A stretch of DNA of 64,000 nt. Source: Chloroflexota bacterium (GTDB lineage: Bacteria > Chloroflexota > Anaerolineae > JAAYEA01). Every line of letters begins with the position of its first letter. Position 1 is the stretch's first letter. The notes beneath the pieces are model-generated. The model ran no database searches, was not told the origin of the DNA, and was given only the letters and a program-made list of their open reading frames with translations. The translations under genes were made by a program, and so were the position numbers. Below are positions 38,769-48,531 of this stretch, piece by piece. Location of the stretch: positions 5,749-69,748 of the forward strand of contig DAITVZ010000006.1 of assembly GCA_036841525.1 (NCBI GenBank). Reading direction: 5' to 3'.

Positions 38769-38785
38769 GCTGGCCTTTCGGGGCG

Positions 38786-39784
38786 CTATCTGAGCGCCGA
38801 GACGATAGAGTTCGTGTTGTACCGCATCATATCGATATAGGTCTCTGCTCCCGAGCCGGGCGATCCCAGCGAACCAGAGTACAGCGGCACGACCTTGGCC
38901 CCGGCATCTTGGGCGATCCGCTCGGCCAAACGAGGGTTGACGGTGCTTTCGGTAAAGATCGCCTTGACGCCCAGTTCACGGATGGCGGTCTCGAGCTTGG
39001 CCACATCCTGGGCGGAAGGCTCGGCGGAGGGGCTGATGGGGTAAACGGTCCCCACTTGCTCCAGGTCGTACCGCTCCGCATAGTATCCAAAGGCCTCGTG
39101 ATTGGTCACCAGGCGCCGATTCCTGGCAGGGATAAGCGCGACCTGCTCGATGATCCACTGGTCCAGTTCTTCGAGTCGGGCTTTGTAGGCAGCCGCATTG
39201 CCCTGGTAGGTGGGCGCGTTGCTGGGGTCAAGGGCGCCCAAAACCGTGGCGATATTGTCAGCCCAGAGCAGCACGTGCCGCACGTCTAGCCAGACATGGG
39301 GATCCGCGGCCTCGTGATCCTCATCCGCTGTGGCGCTCTGATCCCCCTCGTGATCATGCCCCGCGCGGGGCTCGATCCCGGAGGAGACGTAGGCCAGGGC
39401 CGCGCTGCCTCCGGCATTGCGCAGCATACTGAGGAGGAACTCTTCCAGCCCGAAGCCGCTGGCCAGGACCAGGTGCGCTCTGCTGACGGCGGTGAGGTCC
39501 GAAGGAACTGGCTGGTACGAGTGCGGGTCCCGGCCAACCTGGAGCAGAACGTTCAGATCAATCAAGTCCCCGCCGACGTTCCTGGCCACATCGCCCACGA
39601 TGTTGGTGGTGGCGACCACTTGGAGCTTCTGCCCTGGCGAAAGAGACAATGGTTGCAGTTCGGGCAACTGGTGGCTCCACGAGGGCCCCGCCTGCTCTGC
39701 TCCCCCCGTCGAGCCGCAGGCGGTCGCCAGCGATAGCAGGATCGCGAGGAGCAAGCAGCCGATACGATTCCGGGAGAGAGTCAT
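38786..39784 (-). CDS. Zn/Mn ABC transporter substrate-binding lipoprotein (ZnuA/TroA family)
   Basis: Lipobox LATAC, DPHSY, His/acid-rich loop, DPHVW, TNHEAFGY. Confidence 0.93.
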   Translation of the reverse strand: MTLSRNRIGCLLLAILLSLATACGSTGGAEQAGPSWSHQLPELQPLSLSPGQKLQVVATTNIVGDVARNVGGDLIDLNVLLQVGRDPHSYQPVPSDLTAVSRAHLVLASGFGLEEFLLSMLRNAGGSAALAYVSSGIEPRAGHDHEGDQSATADEDHEAADPHVWLDVRHVLLWADNIATVLGALDPSNAPTYQGNAAAYKARLEELDQWIIEQVALIPARNRRLVTNHEAFGYYAERYDLEQVGTVYPISPSAEPSAQDVAKLETAIRELGVKAIFTESTVNPRLAERIAQDAGAKVVPLYSGSLGSPGSGAETYIDMMRYNTNSIVSALR

Positions 39785-39904
39785 GGGCCTTCCTTCTAGG
39801 CTTGGGCAGCGCAACTTGGACAAGACACGCCGCCAAGCCCTGAGAGACAGCCCATTATACCCTGGAGTGGCGCTGGACACAAACGGCCAGAGGCTCGAGC
39901 GGGG

Positions 39905-40996
39905 TCACGAGGGGCGACGACGGCGGCTCGAGGCCAGTCGCAGGAGGCGCCGCCACTGCCAGAGGATCGCCGCCCATAGCTGCCGCCCGCGGCCGCGGAC
40001 GGCCACGTGCCATGGAGGCCGGATCGTCCTGCCCCAGCGCACGATGGCGGCGCCCCAACTCAGCCCGCCGCCAAAGGCAACTAGGGCGACGAGCTCGCCA
40101 TCGCGCAGGCGGCCCTCGTCGGCGGCCTCGCAGAGTGCAATGGGCACCGAGGCCGCGGAGGTGTTGCCGTAGCGCTCCAGGTTGCTATAGACCCTGTCGG
40201 GCGGATACCCGAGCTCCTCGCAGGCGGCATCCATGATCCTTTGGTTGGCCTGATGCGGGATTACCAGACTCAGGTCGCTGACGGCGAGTCCCAGCTTGCT
40301 GGTGACCTCTCGCAAGGAAGAGGCCATGATGCGAGAGGCGAAGCGAAAGACGCGCCGGCCATCCATGGCGATAACCGGCCCTTGGCCCGCCGCGCCTTCC
40401 CCTGGCCGGGAGCGCAGCACCAGGGCCTCGCCATCCGACCCATCGGATCCCAGCACGGAGGCAAGCAGGCCGGCTTTGGGGTCACCGGCCTGCAGGATGA
40501 TCGCCCCTGCGCCATCGCCAAAGAGGACACAGGTATTACGGTCTCCCCAGTCCACGACCCCCGACATCTTTTCGGCGCCGATGACCAGCGCCGCGCGGAT
40601 GGAGCCCGCGCTGATGGCGTCGCTGGCCAGGGAAAGGGCGTAGACGAACCCGGAGCAGGCCGCGCTCAGGTCGAAGGCGCCGGCGTGATTGGCACCGATC
40701 GCGTACTGGACGATGCTGGCCACGGAAGGGAACACCTGGTCGGCGGTGGAGGTGGCCACGATGACCAAGCCGATCTCGCCGGGGTCGATCATGGCCTTGC
40801 GGAGCGCCTCGCGCGCGGCGTGAACCGCCATCTCGGCGGCACCCTCAGCGGGCCGCGCGAGGCGTCGCTCGCGGATGCCGGTGCGCTGGCGGATCCACTC
40901 ATCGCTCGTGTCCAGGGCTTGGGCGAGCTCGTCGTTGGTGACCGTTCGGGAGGGCAGATACTTGCCCCAGCCGGTGATCTGGGCTCTAGGTGGCAT
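39905..40996 (-). CDS. fabH: 3-oxoacyl-ACP synthase III with C-terminal basic/aromatic extension
   Basis: DLSAACSGF, LFGDGAGA, IPHQAN, YGNTSAAS, FGGGLSWG. Confidence 0.95.
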   Translation of the reverse strand: MPPRAQITGWGKYLPSRTVTNDELAQALDTSDEWIRQRTGIRERRLARPAEGAAEMAVHAAREALRKAMIDPGEIGLVIVATSTADQVFPSVASIVQYAIGANHAGAFDLSAACSGFVYALSLASDAISAGSIRAALVIGAEKMSGVVDWGDRNTCVLFGDGAGAIILQAGDPKAGLLASVLGSDGSDGEALVLRSRPGEGAAGQGPVIAMDGRRVFRFASRIMASSLREVTSKLGLAVSDLSLVIPHQANQRIMDAACEELGYPPDRVYSNLERYGNTSAASVPIALCEAADEGRLRDGELVALVAFGGGLSWGAAIVRWGRTIRPPWHVAVRGRGRQLWAAILWQWRRLLRLASSRRRRPS

Positions 40997-41007
40997 ATGG
41001 GTCCGCC

Positions 41008-42240
41008 CTACGCGGCTCGAAACACGAGCGTGGCATTGTGCCCGCCGAATCCGAACGAGTTGGTGAGGACCGTGCGCACTTGGGCTTGCCGAGGACCCGC
41101 CGGAACATAGTCGAGGTCACACTCGGGATCGGGATGCGACAGGTTCAGCGTCCCTGGGATGAGCCCCTCCTGCATGGCCTTGATGCAGATGATCGCCTCG
41201 ATGGCGCCCGCGGCGCCCAGCAGGTGCCCCGTCACTGGCTTGGTGGAGCTGACCGGGATATGGTAGGCATGGTCGCCGAATACCGCCTTGATGGCGCGCG
41301 TCTCGGCGAGATCGTTCAGTTTGGTGCCGGTGCCGTGCGCATTGATATAGTCCACCTCCGCTGGCGAGATGCCGGCGGACTGGAGCGCCGCCTGCATGGA
41401 CTTGGCGGCTCCGCGGCCGTCTTCTATGGGTGCGACGATGTGGTAGGCGTCTGCCGTGGCGCCGTAGCCATCCAGGGCGGCAAGAACCGTGGCGCCGCGC
41501 GCACGCGCGTGCTCTTCGGATTCGAGGACGAGGATCCCCGCTCCTTCGCCCATGACAAAACCGCCGCGCGTGGCGTCGAAGGGACGACAGGCGTGAGCGG
41601 GGTCGTCGTTCTCAGTGGAGAGCGCGCCCATCACGCTAAAAGCGGCGACCGCGAGCGTCACGATGGCCGCCTCGGTGCCGCCGCACAGGGCAATATCTGC
41701 CGCCCCTCGGCGGATGATCTCGGCGGCCTCGCCGATGGCATTCGCCCCGCTGGCGCAGGCCGAAACCACGGCGAGATTCGGGCCGCGGGCGCCCAACTCG
41801 ATGGCAACCTGTCCGGCCGCCGAGTCGGTTAGCATCATGGGCACGAACAGCGGGCTGACGCGGCGAGGCCCTTTCTCGTCTAGCACGCGCACCTGGTCGA
41901 GGAGCGTGCCCATCCCGCCGACTCCACTCCCGACCACGACGCAGGTTCGGTCAGCGTTGTTCTCGTTGATCTCTAGCCGCGCGTCGGCCACCGCCTGCTG
42001 AGCGGCATAGACGGCGAATTGGATGAAGCGATCCATGCGGCGCGCGACCTTGGGCCCAAAGTGCGCGTCAGGGTCGAATCCCTTGACCTCGGCGGCGATC
42101 TTGGCCTGATAATCCGTGGTGTCAAAGGCAGTAATGGGACCGATGCTGGAGGTTCCTTCGACGACGGCATTCCACAGTTGGGCGACGTTGTGTCCCGCAG
42201 GGGAGATGGCTCCCATGCCCGTTACGACGACTCGAGTCAT
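41008..42240 (-). CDS. fabF: 3-oxoacyl-ACP synthase II
   Basis: RVVVTGMG, SACASG, NAHGTGT, GHLLGAAG, NSFGFGGHN. Confidence 0.96.
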   Translation of the reverse strand: MTRVVVTGMGAISPAGHNVAQLWNAVVEGTSSIGPITAFDTTDYQAKIAAEVKGFDPDAHFGPKVARRMDRFIQFAVYAAQQAVADARLEINENNADRTCVVVGSGVGGMGTLLDQVRVLDEKGPRRVSPLFVPMMLTDSAAGQVAIELGARGPNLAVVSACASGANAIGEAAEIIRRGAADIALCGGTEAAIVTLAVAAFSVMGALSTENDDPAHACRPFDATRGGFVMGEGAGILVLESEEHARARGATVLAALDGYGATADAYHIVAPIEDGRGAAKSMQAALQSAGISPAEVDYINAHGTGTKLNDLAETRAIKAVFGDHAYHIPVSSTKPVTGHLLGAAGAIEAIICIKAMQEGLIPGTLNLSHPDPECDLDYVPAGPRQAQVRTVLTNSFGFGGHNATLVFRAA

Positions 42241-42288
42241 TGTGACCACCTGGACGAGATTGATAGGGCGCCGTGCAGCATCGGCTCC

Positions 42289-43239
42289 CTAGTGGGGCAA
42301 GCGCATCTCGCAGACGCGCTGGATGGCCTGCTCGGCCTGGGCCATGATGTCATGGATAAGCTGGGCGGCGGGAACCACGCTGTTGACCAGGCCGCAGATT
42401 TGGCCGGCCATGACGGTGCCTTGTTCCGTGTCTCCCTCCACGGCGGCCAGCCGAAGCCTGCCGGTGCCGAAGGCGATGACTTCCGCCTCGGACGCGCCCG
42501 TCCGCTCGAGTTCCGCGAACTGCTGCGTCATCTGGTTGCGGATGGCGCGCACGGGATGGCCGAGGGAGTGCCCCGATGTCATGGTGGAACGGTCCCCGGC
42601 GCGGCAGATGCGCTCCTTATAGTTGGCATGGGCGGTGCATTCGGTGGTGCAGATAAAACGCGTGCCCATCTGGACCCCTTTGGCCCCCAGCGCGAGCGCC
42701 GCGATGAGCCCGCGTCCGTCGCCGATGCCGCCCGCCGCGATCACGGGCACCTTGACCGCGTCGACCACCTGCGGGATCAGGGGCATCGTGGTCACATCGC
42801 CGATATGGCCGCCGGACTCCATGCCCTCGGCGACGATGGCGTCCGCTCCCATGCGCTCGACGCGCCGCGCCAGCGCCACCGACCCAACCACGGGGATCAC
42901 CTTGATGCCGGCGCCCTTGAGCGGGGGGATCACGGCGCTGGGGCTTCCCGCCCCGGTGGTCACCACAGGGACGTGCTCTTCGATGCAGATCCGGACGATC
43001 TCGTCGACATACGGGGAAAACAGGGCGATATTGAGCCCGTACGGGCGATTGGTGCGCTCCTTGACGCCGCGCACTTGATCGCGCACAAAGTCGGGCGGGG
43101 CATTCCCGGCGCCGATGATGCCGAGCGCCCCGGCCTCGGAGACGGCGGCCACCAATTCCTTCGTGGCAACCCACGCCATGCCTCCCTGAAGGATGGGATA
43201 CTCGATTCCCAGCAGATCGCAGATCTCGGTTTGGATCAC
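42289..43239 (-). CDS. fabK: Enoyl-ACP reductase II (FMN-dependent)
   Basis: LLGIEYPILQGGMAWV, EGMESGGHIG, IAAGGIGDGRG, MAGQICG; GTG start with GGAGG RBS; located in a fab cluster. Confidence 0.9.
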   Translation of the reverse strand: MIQTEICDLLGIEYPILQGGMAWVATKELVAAVSEAGALGIIGAGNAPPDFVRDQVRGVKERTNRPYGLNIALFSPYVDEIVRICIEEHVPVVTTGAGSPSAVIPPLKGAGIKVIPVVGSVALARRVERMGADAIVAEGMESGGHIGDVTTMPLIPQVVDAVKVPVIAAGGIGDGRGLIAALALGAKGVQMGTRFICTTECTAHANYKERICRAGDRSTMTSGHSLGHPVRAIRNQMTQQFAELERTGASEAEVIAFGTGRLRLAAVEGDTEQGTVMAGQICGLVNSVVPAAQLIHDIMAQAEQAIQRVCEMRLPH

Positions 43240-43412
43240 GATAGACCTCCGGCCGTCAGGTGTGTACTGCTCAGCCTGCGCCCGCCAGCGATGCGGTGCA
43301 GGTTGTTGGCTTCTATAACCCGCGACTGAGGCGATGGTTGCATGTCTGACGGGTTGCGCTCCAATCCGAGTTGGCTTATACTCCTGCAAGCTCGGGACGA
43401 ACCGGAGGCGAG

Positions 43413-44246
43413 ATGAAGCTATCAGTTGCAGCGTGCCAGATCCTATCGCACAGCGAGCCGGACAAGAGCGCGGACAAGGTGCTCGGCTGGATGGAGCAAG
43501 CGGCGGCCCAAGGTGTCGACGTGCTCTCTTTTCCAGAGGCGTGCCTCTGCGGCTACTCCTGCACCCCTGAGTACTGGGCGGCGGCCAAACCGGAGGATTT
43601 CGCGCGGGCAGAAGGGCGCGTCATCGCCAAGTCGCGGGAGCTCGATCTGGCCGTGATCCTTGGTACTGCCCATTGGGAGGGCAAGTCGGTCTACAACAGC
43701 CTGCTGGTGATCGACAAGGGTGGTGTGGTGCGTGGACGTTACGCCAAGACGCACCTCGCGGAGGACTGGGCCGCGCCGGGGCATGCCCTGCCTACCTATC
43801 AGGTCGCTGGCGTCGAGTCGTGCTTTCTGGTCTGCCATGACATCCGCTACCCCGAGCTGGTGCGCCTGCCGGCGATCGCCGGAGCGCGCATCTGCTACTT
43901 TTGCAGCTCGGAAAGCGGCCTGACGCAAGAACACAAACTATCGGCCTACCGGGCGATGCCGATCTCGCGGGCGTGCGAAAACACCGTCTATCTGGTGATG
44001 GCCAACATGCCGGCGGATCCGCACGACATCCTGGGCAAGTCACAATCGCACGGCAACAGCAAGATCATCGACCCCCAAGGGAATGTGCTGGATGAGGCGG
44101 GATACTTTGAGGAGCGGCTCGTGACGGCCGTAGTCGATGTGGAGGCAGCCACCCGCGCCATGGCCATGCGGGCCGTGACCGATTCAACGATCATGCGTGA
44201 TTGGATGGTGGAGGGCGTTCGCCTGGTGGAGCGGCACTCTGCTTGA
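43413..44246 (+). CDS. Carbon-nitrogen hydrolase (nitrilase superfamily)
   Basis: Catalytic triad FPE / YAKTHL / VCHDIRYPE. Confidence 0.9.
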   Translation: MKLSVAACQILSHSEPDKSADKVLGWMEQAAAQGVDVLSFPEACLCGYSCTPEYWAAAKPEDFARAEGRVIAKSRELDLAVILGTAHWEGKSVYNSLLVIDKGGVVRGRYAKTHLAEDWAAPGHALPTYQVAGVESCFLVCHDIRYPELVRLPAIAGARICYFCSSESGLTQEHKLSAYRAMPISRACENTVYLVMANMPADPHDILGKSQSHGNSKIIDPQGNVLDEAGYFEERLVTAVVDVEAATRAMAMRAVTDSTIMRDWMVEGVRLVERHSA

Positions 44247-44265
44247 TGCGGCCGGCGCTGGACAA

Positions 44266-44294
44266 TTGCCTCGCCGTGGACAATGCCCTATAAT
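44266..44294 (+). promoter_or_regulatory. Putative sigma70 promoter
   Basis: TTGCCT-17 bp-TATAAT; flanked by two TGGACAAT direct repeats. Confidence 0.55.
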
Positions 44295-44361
44295 GGGCCT
44301 GCGGCGCACGGGTCGACGGCCACGTAAACCTATGCTGCTCAGAACTCACTTGGGGGGAGCT

Positions 44362-45153
44362 ATGCGCATCACTTGCCTTGGCACGTGCAGTGGCACCGAG
44401 CCTATGCCCGGGAGGCATCACGTCTCCATCGCGGTGGAGGAAGCGGGCGGGGTATACTGGTTCGATGCGGGGGAGTGCTGCTCGCACACGGCGCACAACT
44501 TGGGGATCGATCTCTTGGCGACGCGGGCGATCATCATTTCGCATACCCACATCGATCATATCGGCGGGCTGCCAAACCTGATCTGGACGATCCGCAAGCT
44601 GGAGGGACGCACCACCGATTCGGCGCGGCGCATCGCCGGGCGCACCGTGCCCCTCCTCATCCCCGACCTGCGCACGTGGGAGGCCGCGGTTGGCCTGATC
44701 GCTGACCCTGTGGCGTGGGGTGTGGGGCTGGACTTTCACCTGACTGCGCGAACGTACCAGGATGGCGTCATCCTGGATGACGGTGTGTTGCGGGTGACGG
44801 CGCAGCATAACCTGCACCTCGGTGATCCCGGGCCGGACCAACCCTGGCGGTCGTTCTCCTTCCGGATCGAGTCGGCGGGCCGAGCCATGGTGTTCTCAGG
44901 CGACGTCAAGGACATCCGCGATTTCGCCCCACTGATCTCGCCGTGCGATGTGCTGTTCATGGAAACGGGCCACCATCGCGTGGAGGATGTGTGCCGCTAC
45001 CTCGCCGATCACGAGACAGAGTTCGGGCGCCTGGTCTTTATTCATCACGGGAGGGCTATTCTCGCTGACCCGGAGGGGGAGGCTGCCAAGGCGCGCGCCA
45101 TCCTGGGCGACCGCGTGACCATCGCCGATGACGGCATGCCATTCGAGCTGTAG
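44362..45153 (+). CDS. MBL-fold metallo-hydrolase (RNase Z/arylsulfatase-like)
   Basis: MRITCLGT, FDAGE, SHTHIDHIGG (HxHxDH), VFSGD. Confidence 0.88.
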   Translation: MRITCLGTCSGTEPMPGRHHVSIAVEEAGGVYWFDAGECCSHTAHNLGIDLLATRAIIISHTHIDHIGGLPNLIWTIRKLEGRTTDSARRIAGRTVPLLIPDLRTWEAAVGLIADPVAWGVGLDFHLTARTYQDGVILDDGVLRVTAQHNLHLGDPGPDQPWRSFSFRIESAGRAMVFSGDVKDIRDFAPLISPCDVLFMETGHHRVEDVCRYLADHETEFGRLVFIHHGRAILADPEGEAAKARAILGDRVTIADDGMPFEL

Positions 45154-45204
45154 CGCCTGGCTGAGGCTTCGGACAGTCAGAGCATGGAGGGAGGACCGAC
45201 GAAC

Positions 45205-46545
45205 ATGACAAGGCCCAACATCATCCTCATCACACCGCATGACCTGGGCGATTATCTGGGCTGCTACGGCACTCCGGTGCCCACGCCTCATATTGACTCG
45301 CTTGCTCGGGATGGCGTCCTGTTTCGGAACCACTTTTCCTGTGGGACGGTCTGCTCGCCTAGCCGGGGGGGCATCATCACCGGCTGCTATCCGCACACGA
45401 ATGGGCTGATGGGGCTAGTGCACCGCGGGTGGGAGCTGGACGTGGCCAAGTGCCCGCCCATCATGCAGCTCCTGTCGGACGCAGGTTACCAGACCCATCT
45501 TTTCGGCTTCCAGCACGAGCACTATGACCCTCGCCGGCTGGGGTACGGCGAGATCCATGGCGGGGCGGGGAACCACGTGGAGGAGGTGGTGCCTCTGCTG
45601 GCCGACTGGCTGCGCACGCCGCAAAGCCGGGAGAAGCCGTTCTTTGTGGGCCTCGGCTTCTCCGAGGTGCATCGCATGGGGCTGAACCCCTCCGGCTTTA
45701 GGCGGGATATATACGAACCCGCAGACCCCGCGGAGGTGGAAGTGCGCCCATTCTTGCCGGACATCCCGCAGATACGAGAGGACCTCTCCGGCTTTTACGG
45801 GGCGATCAAGCTCATGGACAAGATGGTGGGCGAGTTCTTGCGCGCACTGGACGAGACGGGGCTGGCGAACAACACCATCGTGCTGTTCACAAGCGACCAC
45901 GGCGCGTCGTTCATGCACTCCAAGGCGACGCTGTACGATGGGGGGACGAAGGTGCCCTGGATCATGCGGTGGCCGGCCGGGTTGCCCGCCGGAACGCTGG
46001 TCGAGGGCCTCACTGGTCATGTTGACATAACACCGACCCTGCTGGACCTGGCGGGCTGTCCCGTGCCGCCCTGGATGCAGGGGCAAAGCATGGCGGCGGT
46101 GGCGCGTGGGGTGGGGGGATCGACTCGGGAGCTCGTGTTTGCCGAGAAGAACTATACCAACTTTTATGATCCCAGCCGGATGGTGCGCTCCGACAAGATC
46201 AAGTACATCCGCAAAGGGTTGCAGACTTGTATCTTTGACTTTGTTATCCCAGAGATCGAGCAGTGTACGTCGGATTTCCGCCGAACGCGGGAGGTGTGGG
46301 AACACTATTCGGCGCGCCGCTGCACTGAGGAGCTCTATGACCTGGAGAGGGACCCGGGCGAGCTGACGAACCTCATCGATGACCCCGCCTACGCCCAGGC
46401 GCTGGAACAGATGCGGCGCGCCCTTGATGAGCACCTGGAGAGCACGGACGACCCCTTTAGGCGCCTGCGAAATGAGCTGCCGATGCACCCGACGGCTTAT
46501 GAGGGATTTGGTAGCATGCGGCGGAAGGGTGGCGCACACTGGTAA
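45205..46545 (+). CDS. Sulfatase (Cys-type; N-sulphoglucosamine sulphohydrolase-like)
   Basis: RPNIILITPHD, CSPSRGGIITG, TSDHG, EELYDLERDPGE. Confidence 0.92.
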   Translation: MTRPNIILITPHDLGDYLGCYGTPVPTPHIDSLARDGVLFRNHFSCGTVCSPSRGGIITGCYPHTNGLMGLVHRGWELDVAKCPPIMQLLSDAGYQTHLFGFQHEHYDPRRLGYGEIHGGAGNHVEEVVPLLADWLRTPQSREKPFFVGLGFSEVHRMGLNPSGFRRDIYEPADPAEVEVRPFLPDIPQIREDLSGFYGAIKLMDKMVGEFLRALDETGLANNTIVLFTSDHGASFMHSKATLYDGGTKVPWIMRWPAGLPAGTLVEGLTGHVDITPTLLDLAGCPVPPWMQGQSMAAVARGVGGSTRELVFAEKNYTNFYDPSRMVRSDKIKYIRKGLQTCIFDFVIPEIEQCTSDFRRTREVWEHYSARRCTEELYDLERDPGELTNLIDDPAYAQALEQMRRALDEHLESTDDPFRRLRNELPMHPTAYEGFGSMRRKGGAHW

Positions 46546-46597
46546 CGACCTACACAAGCATCGCGACAAGCGGACATAACGAAACGGAGGAGCGGCT

Positions 46598-47467
46598 GTG
46601 AAGACGAGGACCGGCGGATTCCCGATCGGGTTCAGGCGAGGCGGGGGCGATTGGCAGAAGGATCTGGCCCAACTGATGGAATGGGCCAAGGCCCATGACC
46701 TTGGCGTGATCGACTTGGGCCGCGATGGCGACCGAAGCGTGAGGCAGGCGGTCACAGCTGGGCTACGGGTGGGCTCAGTGGACCTGCTGGAGTGGCAAGG
46801 CATGATCTCGCCGGACAAGGGGAAGCGCGCAGACGCGATCGCGCGGAACGCGGCCTACATCCAAGCCAGCACGGAGACCGGCCCCGCCAACTTTTTCCTG
46901 GTCATGCTGCCGGCAGAACCATCGCTGCCACGGGTCGAGAATTTCGGCTATATGGTGGAGAGCTTTGGCGAGTTGGCGCCCGTGTTGGAGCGGCACGGCG
47001 GGCGCCTGGCGATCGAGGGGTGGCCTGGCCCTGGGGCCCTCTGCTGCACCCCCGAGGCCTTTCGCGCGTTCTTTCGCGAGATCCCCTCGGGCGCCATGGG
47101 CATCAACTATGACCCGTCGCACCTGATCCGCATGGGCATCGACCCGATCCGGTTCCTGCGCGAATTCGTCGGCCGCGTGTATCACGTGCACGGCAAGGAC
47201 ACCGAGCTGCTTACCGAGGAGCTCTACGAGTACGGGCATGAGCAGCCCGCTACCTTCGCCAAGCCGATCCGGTACGGGGGGTATGCCTGGCGCTACACCA
47301 TCCCCGGGCAGGGGTGCATGAGATGGGGCGAGGCGTTCCGGGTGCTTCGCGAGGCGGGGTACAGCGGCTGTGTCAGCATCGAGCTGGAGGATGCGAATTT
47401 CCACAGCGATGCGACGGCTCAACAGATGGGCATCCTGCAGGGCGCTGGCTTTCTCGCCGGATGCTAG
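46598..47467 (+). CDS. Sugar phosphate isomerase/epimerase (TIM barrel)
   Basis: LAIEGW, NYDPSH, HVHGKD, YTIPGQG, SIELE. Confidence 0.85.
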   Translation: MKTRTGGFPIGFRRGGGDWQKDLAQLMEWAKAHDLGVIDLGRDGDRSVRQAVTAGLRVGSVDLLEWQGMISPDKGKRADAIARNAAYIQASTETGPANFFLVMLPAEPSLPRVENFGYMVESFGELAPVLERHGGRLAIEGWPGPGALCCTPEAFRAFFREIPSGAMGINYDPSHLIRMGIDPIRFLREFVGRVYHVHGKDTELLTEELYEYGHEQPATFAKPIRYGGYAWRYTIPGQGCMRWGEAFRVLREAGYSGCVSIELEDANFHSDATAQQMGILQGAGFLAGC

Positions 47468-47486
47468 CAATCCAAGAATGGGAGAC

Positions 47487-48380
47487 ATGATGATTCCTAC
47501 GCTCTTTACGGTAAGCTATGCTGGGTTCTGGGGCCAGGCGAGGCTGAGCTTGGCCGACTCGCTGCGGAAGGCCAAGGAGCTTGGCTACTCGGCGGTCGAG
47601 ATCGCGGGCAAGCGGCCACACCTGTCGGTGGTCGACTGCGATATCGACGAGGTCAAGTCCTATCGCCGATTGACGGACGAGCTCGGCCTCAAGGTGGCCA
47701 GCCTCGCGGCGTACACGAATTTCACGGCAGGAATGGAGAGCCGGGAGGTCCCGCTGCTCGAGATCCAGTTGGGGTACATCGATCGCCTGGCGCAGTTCGC
47801 CAACGTGCTGGGGTCCGATCTGATTCGCATATTCACCGGATATCAGGTGGATGCACTCTCTTTCGATCAGCAATGGAACTTGTGTGTGGAAGCGGTGCAA
47901 GGGGCCTGCGATGTGGCGGCGCGGCATGGGGTGCGCATCGGCGTCCAGAATCACCACGACATCGGGGTTGGCGTCGAGGCCTATGAGGATTTCCTGGCGC
48001 AGGTGAGCCGGCCCAACTGCTATGCCATGTTCGATGCGTGGAGCATCGCGCAGCATGGCACGGACCTCTATAGCGCAGCCAAGAGGCTGGCGCCGAAGAT
48101 GGCGCAGACGACGGTGGCCGACTATGTCCGGCAGCCTAGGTACAAGTACCTGTCTGGGCTGGTGGGTTATGAGCGACTGCCGGACGTGGTGCGCGCCGTG
48201 CCCCTGGGCGAGGGTTTCATCGACTACCCTGCCTTCTTCGGGGGGTTGCGGGACGGGGGCTTTGACGGTTACGTCTCGTTCGAGATGTGCTCGCCCGTCA
48301 AGGGCGGGGGAAGCCTGGCCAACCTGGACCGCACCGCTTCTGCCGCTCTGAAGACGCTGCAGGAGTGGATGGCGGGCTGA
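47487..48380 (+). CDS. Sugar phosphate isomerase/epimerase (TIM barrel)
   Basis: GYSAVE, IRIFTG, VQNHHD, MFDAW, PLGEG, SFEMC. Confidence 0.85.
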   Translation: MMIPTLFTVSYAGFWGQARLSLADSLRKAKELGYSAVEIAGKRPHLSVVDCDIDEVKSYRRLTDELGLKVASLAAYTNFTAGMESREVPLLEIQLGYIDRLAQFANVLGSDLIRIFTGYQVDALSFDQQWNLCVEAVQGACDVAARHGVRIGVQNHHDIGVGVEAYEDFLAQVSRPNCYAMFDAWSIAQHGTDLYSAAKRLAPKMAQTTVADYVRQPRYKYLSGLVGYERLPDVVRAVPLGEGFIDYPAFFGGLRDGGFDGYVSFEMCSPVKGGGSLANLDRTASAALKTLQEWMAG

Positions 48381-48531
48381 CCGCACGCGGGCACGGAGCA
48401 GAGCCAGGCCCGGTAAGCTCTGAGGTGGGCAAGCCTTGAGGGTGGATGCGCCTCTGGAATCTGGGCTGCGGGTCGTGGGGCCGCCTTGCCAAAGCAGCTA
48501 TGTGGGCGATCACGGGCGTTGGGGCAAGCGC

